Source of the DNA: Candidatus Nanopelagicales bacterium
Lineage (GTDB): Bacteria; Actinomycetota; Actinomycetes; S36-B12; UBA5976
Assembly: GCA_030157865.1 (NCBI GenBank)
Contig: JAOATY010000010.1
Span: 3,987 to 67,986 of the forward strand
DNA length: 64,000 bases
Direction of reading: 5' to 3'
Position numbers and translations under genes: made by a program. The notes beneath the pieces are model-generated. The model worked only from the letters and a program-made list of their open reading frames with translations. It had not been told where the DNA came from and ran no database searches. Positions 32,284 through 40,896 of this stretch are shown here, in pieces. Position 1 is the stretch's first letter. The number at the start of each line of letters is the position of its first letter.

Positions 32284-33763
32284 TTTCGGACTCCTGTCTG
32301 ACTACAACGCGATCATCAAACGGAAACACTTGACCAGCAACTTCTTGCCCAGTTTCATGACCCTTGCCAAGAATCGCAATCACGTCACCAGAGGTTGCAA
32401 GGCCTAAGGCTTTGGCAATTGCCAATCTGCGATCAGCAACTTCAATAACCTCGGCTGACAGACCTTGCGTTCCAGATAACATGGCACTTCTGATTAGCGC
32501 TGGGTCTTCCGATCTTGGGTTGTCATCAGTAATGATCACGATGTCGGAAAGTTGGGCAGCAACTTTGCCCATCAGCGGACGTTTTAAGGCATCTCGATCG
32601 CCACCGCAGCCAATTACCGTGATGACCTTGGCTGGGTTGGCGTCTTTAATAACAGTTAAAACGGTTTGCACGGCATCAGGTGTGTGAGCGTAATCAACGA
32701 TTGCAGTTCCGGATGATGCAATTGAAACATTTTCAAGGCGGCCTGGAATTGGTCGCACATTCTCAAGTGAATCTAAAGTTGCAGGAACTTCAAGACCAAG
32801 CATCTGACTGGCAATTAACGCGCAAGCTGCATTGGTCGCGTTGTATGAACCGAGCATGTTTACCGAAAGCGAAATTGGAGCATCATTATCAATCGTGATT
32901 TGCTGAGTTGTCGCACCACTTGAATTGGAGGTGGCTTCGGATGTCTTCCAATTTCCATTTTGCCCAACCGTAGTGTTTGGAATTTTGCATTCCTCCGCTA
33001 ACTTCATTCCCCATTCATCATCCGTGCAAATAACTGCTTGCCTTGCATGTTCCGATGTGAACAGCAGAGCCTTCGCTGCAAAGTAGCTTTCCATTGAGCC
33101 ATGGAAATCCAAATGATCTTGAGTCAGATTCGTGAAGATAGCAACATCAAACTTGATTCCATCTACGCGATGCAGTGCAAGGGCATGGCTTGAGACTTCC
33201 ATAAATACATGAGTAATCCCCTGTTCGACCATCAGACCCAAAGTGGCATACAGATCAGTTGATTCAGGAGTAGTTCGCGCACCTGGTAAATGTTCTTCAC
33301 CTAAGTAAGTGCCAAGGGTTCCGATAACTCCAACACTCTTGCCAGCGTCAATAAAGATGGAACGCAGCATGTGGGTAGTTGTGGTCTTGCCGTTTGTTCC
33401 GGTAACTCCAGTAATTACCAACTTGGCTTCTGGATTTCCATAAATACCGGCAGCAAGTGTTGCCATATCTTTTCTGGCATTCGAAAGTTCAATTACTGGT
33501 AAACCTTTTTGCTTTGCGATCTGTGCGCCATGGGAATCAGATGCAATTGCTACTGCGCCATTTTTAACCGCTTCATCAACAAAGTCGATTCCATGACTGT
33601 TTGCTCCGAGTAACGCTACATAAAGATCGCCAGGTTGAACTGATCTGGAGTCATGGGTAATTCCAAAGACTTTTGCTTCGCTAGAAACTTCTCCGGAGAC
33701 TAACTTTGCAAGATGTGAAAGCTCAACACCATTGGTCTTTGGCCGAGTCACTGGACTCACCAC
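32276..33763 (-). CDS. murE: UDP-MurNAc-dipeptide--diaminopimelate ligase
   Basis: TGTNGKTT, TTPES, MEVSSH, DYAHTPD, DNPR (DAP-type), GKGHE. Confidence 0.97.
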   Translation of the reverse strand: MVSPVTRPKTNGVELSHLAKLVSGEVSSEAKVFGITHDSRSVQPGDLYVALLGANSHGIDFVDEAVKNGAVAIASDSHGAQIAKQKGLPVIELSNARKDMATLAAGIYGNPEAKLVITGVTGTNGKTTTTHMLRSIFIDAGKSVGVIGTLGTYLGEEHLPGARTTPESTDLYATLGLMVEQGITHVFMEVSSHALALHRVDGIKFDVAIFTNLTQDHLDFHGSMESYFAAKALLFTSEHARQAVICTDDEWGMKLAEECKIPNTTVGQNGNWKTSEATSNSSGATTQQITIDNDAPISLSVNMLGSYNATNAACALIASQMLGLEVPATLDSLENVRPIPGRLENVSIASSGTAIVDYAHTPDAVQTVLTVIKDANPAKVITVIGCGGDRDALKRPLMGKVAAQLSDIVIITDDNPRSEDPALIRSAMLSGTQGLSAEVIEVADRRLAIAKALGLATSGDVIAILGKGHETGQEVAGQVFPFDDRVVVRQESENV

Positions 33764-35571
33764 TCAACTGGAAGCTTGGGAGGCTTTGTTGTTGAAGGTG
33801 GAACCTTTTTATGAGCTAGCGCGTAAGTCATAACCTTTTTGAAAACTGGACCGGCAACAACGCTTCCGTAAGTGCTGGTCTTTGGATTGTGAATACTCAC
33901 GCTCATAACAAGTGCTGGCTTCTCTGCTGGAGCCATTCCGATGAAGGAAGATGTGTAACCGCTGTATCCACCAGTTGCTTCGTCGTAACGGTTTGCAGTT
34001 CCAGTTTTTCCACCAACACGGTAGCCAGGAATCTGCATGTTCTTGGCTGTACCATCTTCGGAAACAACGCCTTCGAGCATTTCGCGAACTGTCTTAGCAG
34101 TCTCGGCGCTAACAACTCGCACGCCTTCATCAACTCTGCTTGGTTCGTAGACGCCTTCAGTATTCGAGTACCCAGCAATTAGACGTGGCAGCATTCGAAC
34201 GCCATCATTTGCAATCGTTGCGAACACGCTAGTTGCCTGAACGGCATTTACCGAAAGACCTTGTCCGAAAGCAAGAGTTGGGAATGTAGTTGCTGACCAT
34301 TCATTTTCGTTATTGATGTCAGGAAGCTTTCCACCGCTCTCGCCCGGAAAGTTCATTCCTGTTGACTGACCGATGCCAAATTTTTGTAAGTAGTCGTACA
34401 GCTTCTTTTCACCGATTGACTCGGAAGCCAAAATTGTTCCGATGTTACTTGACTTAGCAAGTACACCCGCCAAAGTTAGGCGCAAAGTTGGGTGATCAAC
34501 ATAATCCTTGAATGAAGTGCCGCCGCGGCTTAACCGGTTCTCGATTGTGTACTGAGTACCGGCGTTGGCTCCACCTTCTTCAATCACGGAAGCCAGAGTC
34601 ATAACCTTGCTAGTTGAACCAGGCTCAAAGACGTCAGTGACTGTGGTGTTTCGCTTTGCCTTGTCATCAGTTGCAAATGGATTATTTGGATCAAAGGTTG
34701 GGTAAGTCGCCATTGCCAAGATGTTTCCAGTTCCTGGCTCCATGATTACTGCAACGCCACCTTCAGCACCAGTAGCTTGCACTTGGTCGCCTAAAGACTT
34801 TTCCAGCATTGCTTGCAAGTTGGAATCAAGGGTTAAGCGAACTGAAAGTCCATTTACTGGGTCAATGCTTTGGCGTTCACTAGCTGGAATTTCTCGACCA
34901 TTTACTCGTTCAACAGTTAGCTTTCCGTCTTGACCCATTAACTGTTCATTGAGTCCATATTCAAGGCCACCAAGACCGGTACCTTCTGCGCCAACGTAGC
35001 CAATGACACTTGCGGCTAATGATCCATTTGGATAAACCCGATTTGTAGTTGGTTCACTGAAAACTCCTGGGATGCCTAAGGCAGCAACAGCTTTCCAAGT
35101 TTCAGGAGTAATTCTTTTTGCTACATATGAAAAGCGGGAGTCAACCGTTAATGACGCAACAATTGTTTCAACTGGGATTCCCAAGATCGGCGACAGTGCA
35201 GCAGCAGTACCGGCTGGGTCGGTAATCAGAGTTGGATCAACTGTGACATTTCGCGCCATAACTGTTGTCGCAATTGGCACACCATTGCTGTCGGTGAAAT
35301 TTCCACGCAAGGCCGGCAAAGTCAAAGTCTGCAAACGTGAGTTTTGTGCGTTCGCAGCTAGTTCTGGGCCGCGAACAACTTGAAGTTCTACTAGTCGTGC
35401 CATGTATAGCGACATGACTACTAGGAAAATGAAAGTTATAAATCGAATTCGCTTACGAGGACTTTCCAGGGGAACCATAACTGGTCCGGTTGGAACGTAT
35501 CTTTGGTTAGAGCTCTGTGGTCGCTGTGGTCCTTGCGGATTTGGACGACGCTGCGAAGTTGGTGTGCTCAT
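33757..35571 (-). CDS. ftsI: Class B penicillin-binding protein FtsI
   Basis: N-terminal TM helix, EPGSTSK (SxxK), SSN, KTGTA. Confidence 0.95.
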   Translation of the reverse strand: MSTPTSQRRPNPQGPQRPQSSNQRYVPTGPVMVPLESPRKRIRFITFIFLVVMSLYMARLVELQVVRGPELAANAQNSRLQTLTLPALRGNFTDSNGVPIATTVMARNVTVDPTLITDPAGTAAALSPILGIPVETIVASLTVDSRFSYVAKRITPETWKAVAALGIPGVFSEPTTNRVYPNGSLAASVIGYVGAEGTGLGGLEYGLNEQLMGQDGKLTVERVNGREIPASERQSIDPVNGLSVRLTLDSNLQAMLEKSLGDQVQATGAEGGVAVIMEPGTGNILAMATYPTFDPNNPFATDDKAKRNTTVTDVFEPGSTSKVMTLASVIEEGGANAGTQYTIENRLSRGGTSFKDYVDHPTLRLTLAGVLAKSSNIGTILASESIGEKKLYDYLQKFGIGQSTGMNFPGESGGKLPDINNENEWSATTFPTLAFGQGLSVNAVQATSVFATIANDGVRMLPRLIAGYSNTEGVYEPSRVDEGVRVVSAETAKTVREMLEGVVSEDGTAKNMQIPGYRVGGKTGTANRYDEATGGYSGYTSSFIGMAPAEKPALVMSVSIHNPKTSTYGSVVAGPVFKKVMTYALAHKKVPPSTTKPPKLPVEW

Positions 35572-36047
35572 TGCGCCGCCGGTGCTACTGGTACAGCTGG
35601 TGCAACTGCAACGACTGGCTTACCTAAAATTTCACGATCTGAAAGACGAAGGAAAACTGGTGTTTGAGCTGGAACCATTCCCATGTTTGCAGCAGTGATT
35701 AACAAGTTGCCTGGAGATTCACCGGCTGCAACCACACTGGCGATGGTCTGCTCTTCAGCAGTCATCTGACTCAATTGAATCTGAAGTGCGTGCTTTTGGA
35801 ATGATGCCTGCGCTGCAAGAGTGTTCACATAAAGAAGCATCATCATGCCCGAAACAATCATTCCAATAATTACAAACAGGAAGGTTCTGCTGCTGGCACG
35901 ACCCTGTGGAACTCCAACTGGAATTGCTTGCGCAATCGGAGAAACGATTGGCTTTACTAGCGGCTTAACCAATGAAAGTTTGCGAAGCGTGCGTGACTTG
36001 CGAGGAATTGGAGCTAATGCAGGTGTGCGGGCCGGTACTGCGCTCAT
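35568..36047 (-). CDS. ftsL: FtsL-like cell division protein
   Basis: Single TM helix plus coiled coil, ending A..MGMVP; between rsmH and ftsI with ATGA overlaps. Confidence 0.75.
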   Translation of the reverse strand: MSAVPARTPALAPIPRKSRTLRKLSLVKPLVKPIVSPIAQAIPVGVPQGRASSRTFLFVIIGMIVSGMMMLLYVNTLAAQASFQKHALQIQLSQMTAEEQTIASVVAAGESPGNLLITAANMGMVPAQTPVFLRLSDREILGKPVVAVAPAVPVAPAAQ

Positions 36048-36997
36048 GCTGCTACCCCAATTCTTTGGGCAGCGCGAAGGCGAACTGAAGTAGCCCGAGA
36101 GTTTTCGGCTACTTCTTCTTCGCTTGCTGGTTCAGATCCACGTGTTAACAGTTGTAGCCAAGGCTTGTCTGACTCAGGAATGATCGGCATTTCAATTGGA
36201 GTCTTTGATTCAGTTCCAACGCGCAATGCATTTTTAACGATGCGATCTTCAAGTGAGTGATACGACAGAACCACGATGCGACCATCAAGAGCTAGACAAT
36301 CTAGCGCTGCTGGAATCGCTCTTTCCAAAACCGATAGTTCGTCATTAACTTCGATGCGAAGCGCCTGGAATGTGCGCTTGGCAGGATTGCCGCCAGTTCG
36401 TCGAGTTGCTGCTGGAATTGCATCACGAACAACAGTTACCAGCTGGTCGCTATTAGTAAACGGTTTAACTTCGCGCTCGCGAATGATGGCGTTGGCAACA
36501 CGTGCTGCAAATCGCTCTTCACCGTATTCGCGAAGGATTCGCGCCAAGTTTGCAAAGTCATAGTTGTTAACAATGTCTGCTGCGGTTTGACCAGTGGTGC
36601 CGTCCATGCGCATATCAAGTGGAGCGTTACGGGAGTATGTAAATCCGCGCTGGTCTTTATCAAGCTGCATTGAAGAGACGCCTAGGTCAAACAAGATGCC
36701 TTGCACATGCTCGATGTTTAGATTTGCTAGAACTTCAGGAATCTCGTCATAAACAGCAAGTGCAAAATCAACGCGTGGTGCAAATCTTGCAAGTCGTTCT
36801 TGTGACATAGCAAGTGCTTCAGGATCGCGATCGATTCCAATTACTCGTAGGTTTGGAAATTCAGTTAGAGCTGACTCGGTATGTCCACCAAGACCAAGAG
36901 TGGCATCAACCAAGATCGCATTGTCGGCACTTATTGCTGGAGCCAATAGATCTAGGCAGCGTTGCCGCAAAACTGGTTCGTGCGTAAATGTCGTCAT
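36044..36997 (-). CDS. rsmH: 16S rRNA m4C1402 methyltransferase
   Basis: [48 protein letters not shown]. Confidence 0.97.
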   Translation of the reverse strand: MTTFTHEPVLRQRCLDLLAPAISADNAILVDATLGLGGHTESALTEFPNLRVIGIDRDPEALAMSQERLARFAPRVDFALAVYDEIPEVLANLNIEHVQGILFDLGVSSMQLDKDQRGFTYSRNAPLDMRMDGTTGQTAADIVNNYDFANLARILREYGEERFAARVANAIIREREVKPFTNSDQLVTVVRDAIPAATRRTGGNPAKRTFQALRIEVNDELSVLERAIPAALDCLALDGRIVVLSYHSLEDRIVKNALRVGTESKTPIEMPIIPESDKPWLQLLTRGSEPASEEEVAENSRATSVRLRAAQRIGVAA

Positions 36998-37015
36998 TAC
37001 GCCACGTCAGATCTA

Positions 37016-37107
37016 GATGCTGCCTTTAGTCCCTGGCCGTTGGAGAGCCTGGCACCGGGGAAGGTGCGCCAGGATCGAGCCAACGGCCAGAGGCCAAAGG
37101 CAGCATC
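37016..37107 (-). ncRNA. mraW RNA motif
   Basis: Long hairpin (GATGCTGCCTTT/AAAGGCAGCATC; CTGGCCGTTGG/CCAACGGCCAG; CCTGGC/GCCAGG) with minus-strand loop CUUCCCC, directly 5' of rsmH (mraW). Confidence 0.85.
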
Positions 37108-37148
37108 ATTTGTTGTTACTGAATTAGTTGCTATGGAACGCGTTAAAT

Positions 37149-37571
37149 TCATGGCATTACGTCTTCATCAAGTGCGGCAAAGCCTGGTTCTTGAGCTTCT
37201 AAGTACTGGTTCCAAGCCACAGTTGCCCAAACTTCAACGCGAGTATCTGCACCTACGACAACAAGTTCGCGATCTAAACCAGCCCACTCTCGAAGCGGTG
37301 CTGGAATAGTGATGCGACCTTGCTTGTCTGCTGAGTCATCAAAGGCGGATGAGAAAAACACACGAGTGTAAGCGCGAACTTTTTCATTGTTCTGGGAGCG
37401 ACGGCGCAGGCTTTCGGCATATTCATCGAATTGCTCAGTTGGCCAGATAACGACACAACGCTCTTGGCCCTTTGTCATGACAAGGCCTTCAGATAATGGT
37501 TCGCGGAATTTAGCCGGCAAGATCAGGCGGCCTTTTTCATCCAGTTTTGGGGTGTGGGTACCTAAGAACAC
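37149..37571 (-). CDS. mraZ: Transcriptional regulator MraZ
   Basis: MFLGTHTPKLDEKGRL, second DKQGRI repeat, RVEVW. Confidence 0.97.
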   Translation of the reverse strand: MFLGTHTPKLDEKGRLILPAKFREPLSEGLVMTKGQERCVVIWPTEQFDEYAESLRRRSQNNEKVRAYTRVFFSSAFDDSADKQGRITIPAPLREWAGLDRELVVVGADTRVEVWATVAWNQYLEAQEPGFAALDEDVMP

Positions 37572-37625
37572 CTAAATCACCACCCAAACCAATGGCAACC
37601 CTTCCCCAGGTCACCTCGTTGTCCC

Positions 37626-37736
37626 AGATTACTCCCTTTTGCTCCACTGTCAACCCAATTTAGACACCAAATTTCCCATCTTTAACAAATATTGACCATT
37701 TATCCAATGTTTTATGGGTGGAGGAAAAGGGAGTAA
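37626..37736 (-). promoter_or_regulatory. dcw promoter with two inverted MraZ-type boxes
   Basis: Minus TTGACA(37653-48)-N16-TAATCT; GTGGAGCAAAAGGGAGTAA (minus, 37647-37629) fills the spacer; inverted copy GTGGAGGAAAAGGGAGTAA at 37718-37736. Confidence 0.65.
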
Positions 37737-37808
37737 TTCTGGAAAAAATCCCCAAATTGCAACTAATTCAGGGCAAAACCTGGTGAAAGGCCTTGATTTT
37801 TGGGTGAT

Positions 37809-38621
37809 TTAACGCGTTGGTGCGACGAGTCCAACTGGACTGGTGCAGATGATGTTTCGATCTAGAGCTACTCCATCAACGGTGGCTACAAATTGAACCA
37901 TGTCTGGGGCTTTGCCGCCAAAGGCATTTTTAGTGCACGCTTCCTTTGCCGCAACTACTCCACTTTCCACATCGGAATAGGGGCCAATGGCTAACCAAAG
38001 CGGCATTCCAATGTTGGCGTTACCGGTTATCTCAAACCAGTGCACAGGTGGCGCGTAAATTCCAACCGGATATCCAGCTGCCGTTAAATCAATTGCAAGT
38101 TCTGTTAACACTTGCACCGATCGGTCTGTGCTGGTCCAAGTGTTGTATGTTTCAACATCAAGCCACACTGGAGTACCAGGATTGATGCCATATTTATTCA
38201 ACCGCTTCAAAGTATCTTTAGCGATTTTCTTTCCATAGCGAACTGGTGACTCATCGCCCGGATCAGCAGTGTTTATATAAACAGCAACCGCATCATGGGT
38301 TAATGCCCAGTCCCATTGCTTTTGAAAACACTTGTTCTCGGTAAATGGCTTGCCACCGTTTAATCCAATGATTGCGTAACCCACAAATTTGCTCGGCAAA
38401 GCACCTTTACATTGCGGATAACTAATGTCGTAGCCGCTGTTGTCGAGCTCAAAATTAAATGGAACTAACGCAGGCTGGGTAGCAGTAATTAATGGTCTAC
38501 CGTCAACATTTTCAATCGTTAATGGCTCAGGGTTCAACCACGAATTAACTAAGGAAAATCCAACCAACCCAGCAAGAGCAAGTGCTCCGACCGTAACTAA
38601 GAACCCAAAAAATCTACGCAA
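37809..38621 (-). CDS. Membrane-anchored GH25/DUF1906-like putative peptidoglycan hydrolase
   Basis: N-terminal TM helix, GYDISYPQC, WLDVE (DxE), VGIY, LWLA, terminal DRN. Confidence 0.65.
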   Translation of the reverse strand: MRRFFGFLVTVGALALAGLVGFSLVNSWLNPEPLTIENVDGRPLITATQPALVPFNFELDNSGYDISYPQCKGALPSKFVGYAIIGLNGGKPFTENKCFQKQWDWALTHDAVAVYINTADPGDESPVRYGKKIAKDTLKRLNKYGINPGTPVWLDVETYNTWTSTDRSVQVLTELAIDLTAAGYPVGIYAPPVHWFEITGNANIGMPLWLAIGPYSDVESGVVAAKEACTKNAFGGKAPDMVQFVATVDGVALDRNIICTSPVGLVAPTR

Positions 38622-38624
38622 ACT

Positions 38625-39146
38625 TTATTCGATCGGACCGGTGTTGGCCTCTGGGAAATAGTTCTGACCGATTCCTGATGAACGCTTTGGAATCATGACT
38701 GAGCGAACCCAAGACATAACTTCAACGCCATCTTGATTAATTCCACGAGTGCGCATAGTCAAGATTCCAAAATCTGGGCGTGATGACGAGCTACGCATTT
38801 CAAGAACTTTACTTTCGGCATACAAAGTGTCGCCAACATAAACCGGCGCAGTTAGTTTTATGTCGGTCCAACCTAAGTTGGCAACAGCATGCTGACTCAT
38901 ATCAAGTACTGACATACCAAGCACAAGTGCAACGGTGAATCCTGAGTTAACAATGATTCGACCCTCAGCAATTGGATTCATTTGAGCGTAATGCTCGTTG
39001 AAGTGATTCTGGTTTGTGTTTACGGTTAACAAGGTGAACCAGGTTGAATCAGCTTCAGTGATTGTGCGGCCTAGCGGGTGTTGGTAAACATCTCCAACAA
39101 TAAAATCTTCGGCAAAATTTCCAATGTCAGCTTTATGAATAGTCAT
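38625..39146 (-). CDS. MaoC-family dehydratase
   Basis: EDFIVGDVY, GRTITEAD, NQNH, NLGW, PVYVGDTL hot-dog motifs. Confidence 0.9.
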   Translation of the reverse strand: MTIHKADIGNFAEDFIVGDVYQHPLGRTITEADSTWFTLLTVNTNQNHFNEHYAQMNPIAEGRIIVNSGFTVALVLGMSVLDMSQHAVANLGWTDIKLTAPVYVGDTLYAESKVLEMRSSSSRPDFGILTMRTRGINQDGVEVMSWVRSVMIPKRSSGIGQNYFPEANTGPIE

Positions 39147-39183
39147 ACCTAAATAATGCCCTAATCAGAACTTGGGCGCTTAC

Positions 39184-39552
39184 TTAACCGTTGTCTTGGC
39201 GACGATCCCAGCGATCTTCAAGGCCTTGCATAAATCCACCGGAAGTTGAGGCCTTGCTTGTGGTGCTTGGCTTTCCAGTTGCTGGGCTTGATTTTGCACC
39301 CAGGTTTGCGAAGTAAAAGCCCGCAACGATTGCCAAGAAACCTAGGACGCCAAGGGCTGGAATAGATAGGGATACTGCAGCTAGCAAGATTCCGATTCCG
39401 ACAACAACGCCAAGCACTGCAATTCCGATGCTCTTTGTGGCAATTCGATTGGTCATTGACCCACCGAGGGCAGAGGCAAATCTAGGATCTTCGCTAGCCA
39501 AAGCGCGCTCCATTTGTTCAAGCAGCTGCTGTTCGCGATCTGATAATGCCAT
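39184..39552 (-). CDS. DUF3040 family membrane protein
   Basis: MALSDREQQLLEQMERALASEDPRFAS, two TM helices, EDRWDRR end. Confidence 0.9.
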   Translation of the reverse strand: MALSDREQQLLEQMERALASEDPRFASALGGSMTNRIATKSIGIAVLGVVVGIGILLAAVSLSIPALGVLGFLAIVAGFYFANLGAKSSPATGKPSTTSKASTSGGFMQGLEDRWDRRQDNG

Positions 39553-39669
39553 TTTTGCCCCCTTCGAACTAGTGCCTATAACCAAGACTACGTCTGGTTT
39601 GAAGTTTTCGAAACTTTAACGCCAGAAATGTCCATTCTTGGCTAAACCTTATGAAATTAGGGCAGATTC

Positions 39670-40896
39670 CTAAGATTCTGGCTTTATTAATCGGGCTGGC
39701 TTTACTGCCGAGTTCCCAAACTTTAAAGAGACCTGATCGATAGCCTCTTCTGCCTCGCGCCAACCTGAGTCCCGATCTGAGAACTCCAATTGAACCGAAG
39801 ATTCACTGGTTGGCACTAGTCCTGTGGCACGAACTCCTACCAGCCGGATGCGAGCACGCTGTAGATGCATAGCTTCAAACAAACTCTTGGCGGTCGCATA
39901 AATATCTGTTGCTAAATCAGTTGAAGCAGGTAGGGATTTACTGCGAGTCACCGAAGTAAAGTCAGCAAATCTGACTTTGATTGTGATGGTTCGGGAAAAG
40001 TAGTTCGCGGCACGAAGTCGCTTAGCAACCTTGTTACTTAGATCCAAGATTTGAGCCAAGATTTCTTCTGGGTCATCGATATCTGATTCAAAAGTTCGCT
40101 CTGCGCCAATACTTTTCTCTGCTTGATTTGGCGTTACAACTCGAGGATCTCGTCCCCATGACAATTCATATAAATGCTCTGCTGCTGCTTGACCAATAAC
40201 TCTGGTCAAAGTTTTGACTGGAGTGTTTGCAATGTCGGCAACATTAACTAGTCCAAGTCGAGAAAGTTGTTCTGCAGTCTTTTCACCAACGCCCCATAAC
40301 GCACCAATTGGTAACGGATGCAAAAACTCAATTACTTTGTCCGCGGGCACAACATGTAAGCCATCAGGTTTTGCAAAGTTAGTTGCAAGCTTTGCCACAA
40401 ACATGGTTGACGCTACGCCAACTGAGCAAGTGATCCCCTGTTCATCGCTCACTCGAGCTCTAATGACTTCACCAATCTGACTTGGTGTGCCCATAAGTTT
40501 TTGAGCTCCAGAAATATCCAAGAAGGCTTCATCAACCGAAAGTGGTTGGACTAATGGAGTTATTGATTCAAAAATTGCCATTACGTTTTCAGAAACTTCG
40601 GAATACTTTTCATGATCTGGCTCTACAACAATTGCGTTAGGTGCCAAGCGAAGTGCTCGCGACATTGGCATTGCCGAATGCACGCCAAGTTTTCGTGCCT
40701 CATATGTTGCCGACAAAACCACGCCACGGTTGCCGTCGTATCCAACAATTACTTGTTTACCAGCAAGACTTGGGTTTTCTCGAACTTCAACTAAGGCAAA
40801 GAAAGCGTCCATGTCGATGTGCAAAATGTTGCAGCCGGCGTCATCCCCTTGGGGATTGCGCGCCGAGTTTCCTCGGTTCAATTGCGAACGGCTCAT
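39670..40896 (-). CDS. dinB: DNA polymerase IV (Y family), catalytic residues intact
   Basis: HIDMDAFF, YEARKLGVHSAMP, SVDEAFLD, AKLA...KPDG, HhH LWGVG; clamp-like QLEF; C-terminal AIDQVSLKFG. Confidence 0.95.
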   Translation of the reverse strand: MSRSQLNRGNSARNPQGDDAGCNILHIDMDAFFALVEVRENPSLAGKQVIVGYDGNRGVVLSATYEARKLGVHSAMPMSRALRLAPNAIVVEPDHEKYSEVSENVMAIFESITPLVQPLSVDEAFLDISGAQKLMGTPSQIGEVIRARVSDEQGITCSVGVASTMFVAKLATNFAKPDGLHVVPADKVIEFLHPLPIGALWGVGEKTAEQLSRLGLVNVADIANTPVKTLTRVIGQAAAEHLYELSWGRDPRVVTPNQAEKSIGAERTFESDIDDPEEILAQILDLSNKVAKRLRAANYFSRTITIKVRFADFTSVTRSKSLPASTDLATDIYATAKSLFEAMHLQRARIRLVGVRATGLVPTSESSVQLEFSDRDSGWREAEEAIDQVSLKFGNSAVKPARLIKPES

